This document shows, in pieces, positions 62,964-64,000 of a stretch of 64,000 nucleotides of DNA. Every line of letters begins with the position of its first letter. Position 1 is the stretch's first letter. The stretch is taken from positions 10,827 to 74,826 of the forward strand of contig CAAGBN010000068.1 of the NCBI GenBank assembly GCA_900768075.1, written 5' to 3'. A program made the position numbers and the translations under genes. The notes below the pieces were generated by a model that had not been told where the DNA came from, did no database searches, and saw only the letters and a program-made list of their open reading frames with translations. This DNA is from Clostridia bacterium (lineage in GTDB: Bacteria > Bacillota > Clostridia > Oscillospirales > Acutalibacteraceae).

Positions 62964-64000
62964 ATTTAATCTTACCTCCGATAATTGTTTTTTCTACATT
63001 GAATTCACCGTCTGTTATGATGATGTCTGCATCCTTACCTACTTCAAGTGAGCCCTTGGTCTTTTCAAGACCGAGAGTTGTCGCAGGATTGAGAGATGCA
63101 CAGTTGACACATTCATAAAGAGAGATATCTGAGTTGGTGTAAACATTCCATACACCCTTGTTAAGGTGCAGTACACTGCCGGCTACAGTACCGTCTTCAA
63201 GACGGCAAACGATACCGCGATAGATAATCTTTGCACCACCGAGTGTGTATTCGCCCTCGGGTAAACCGCCTGCAGGCAGACAGTCAGTGATAAAGCAAAG
63301 CTTTCTGCCCTTGAGCTTATAGAGCATATTATAAAGGCTCGCATCCACGTGGAAGGTATCAACGATAAGCTCACAGCTGATGTCAGCATTCATAGCCGCA
63401 GAAACAACACCGGGAGCTCTGTGCTGGAGGGGAGTCATAGCATTGAAAAGGTGAGTGACGTGCTTTACACCTGCATTGACACTTGCCATAGCTGTTTCGT
63501 AATCTGCCGAGGTATGACCCATTGAGATAACGACATCAGTGTCTCTGACGATTTCGCGGATAGCTGCGAAGTCGTTTTCGTCGGTTTCGGGTGCAAGGGT
63601 GATAGTCTTTATAATATCAGCATACTCCTTGACAAAAGCCGCATCAGGCTTGAGAATATATTTAGCATCCTGAGCGCCCTTTTTGCTCTCTGAGATGAAA
63701 GGTCCCTCTGCATGACAGCCGAGGATAACACTACCGTCCCAGTCTTTGCTTTCTTCCTTGAGGTCACGGCACACTTCAAGAGCCTTACGGATAACTTTCA
63801 TATCCACAGTCATAGTTGTGGGCAGATAGCCTGTAACGCCGTTGGCAAGAAGACCCTTTGAGATTGTGCGGATACTTTCTTCTTCACCGTCGCAGACGTC
63901 TTTACCGAGATAGCCGTGAATGTGCATATCGATAAGGCCGGGTGCCACATAGCCGCCCTTTGCATCGATGATTTCAGCCTCTGCAGGTACACTGCCGAGG
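62953..64000 (-). CDS. nagA: N-acetylglucosamine-6-phosphate deacetylase (5' end outside the window)
   Basis: GLIDMHIHG, HAEGPF, MGHT and THLFNAM motifs. The frame stays open upstream of the ATG at 63948 (..AEIIDAKGGYVAPGLIDMHIHG), so the true start lies beyond 64000. Confidence 0.85.
   Translation of the reverse strand, partial: LGSVPAEAEIIDAKGGYVAPGLIDMHIHGYLGKDVCDGEEESIRTISKGLLANGVTGYLPTTMTVDMKVIRKALEVCRDLKEESKDWDGSVILGCHAEGPFISESKKGAQDAKYILKPDAAFVKEYADIIKTITLAPETDENDFAAIREIVRDTDVVISMGHTSADYETAMASVNAGVKHVTHLFNAMTPLQHRAPGVVSAAMNADISCELIVDTFHVDASLYNMLYKLKGRKLCFITDCLPAGGLPEGEYTLGGAKIIYRGIVCRLEDGTVAGSVLHLNKGVWNVYTNSDISLYECVNCASLNPATTLGLEKTKGSLEVGKDADIIITDGEFNVEKTIIGGKIKYEA

Overview
This is a chromosomal, mostly housekeeping 64-kb segment from a Gram-positive anaerobe. 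Gene content, codon preference and the markers SCIFF, AddAB and Prp-L27 suggest a Clostridia genome of the Ruminococcus/Oscillospiraceae type; that assignment is inference only.

Recognisable content, in order:
- an ECF sigma/anti-sigma pair
- T-box-controlled pheST
- an M23 peptidase, luxS and recG
- an orphan family-5 solute-binding lipoprotein, ymdB and addBA
- rpmE, then dgt-like, dnaG and rpoD
- rlmA-like, ybaK, rimM-trmD and ptsH
- a cobalamin-riboswitch-controlled DUF4430 plus S-component pair
- a GH-D-like hydrolase and a DUF3048 lipoprotein
- two tandem PepSY-like secreted paralogs
- a complete hisZGDCBHAF(IE) operon led by a YerC/TrpR-like gene
- a SCIFF precursor, radical-SAM/SPASM maturase and PLP decarboxylase operon
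- an AraC-linked hexuronate cluster (uxaC, uxuA, SDR, eda, kdgK, GPH transporter)
- rplU-prp-rpmA, then a ROK-like kinase and nagA (truncated by the window end)

I saw no transposase, integrase, phage gene, CRISPR-Cas, toxin-antitoxin pair or recognisable defence gene.

The unexplained signal is non-coding or small:
1. A GC-rich ~110-nt element is present three times. Each copy folds on paper into a perfect four-way junction, and the copies differ by compensatory arm changes.
2. A ~60-nt two-hairpin element is present four to five times. It always starts 5-9 nt after a TAA stop, co-oriented with the upstream gene, and shows covarying stems and a possible pseudoknot. It is sometimes followed by a second structured module.
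3. A stand-alone promoter-to-terminator unit of ~215 nt has a ~24-bp closing helix, which makes it a 6S-like or novel sRNA candidate.
4. A self-contained 40-codon mini-gene sits in front of rimM-trmD.

All functional readings of these elements are hypotheses that need genome-wide and transcriptomic checks.
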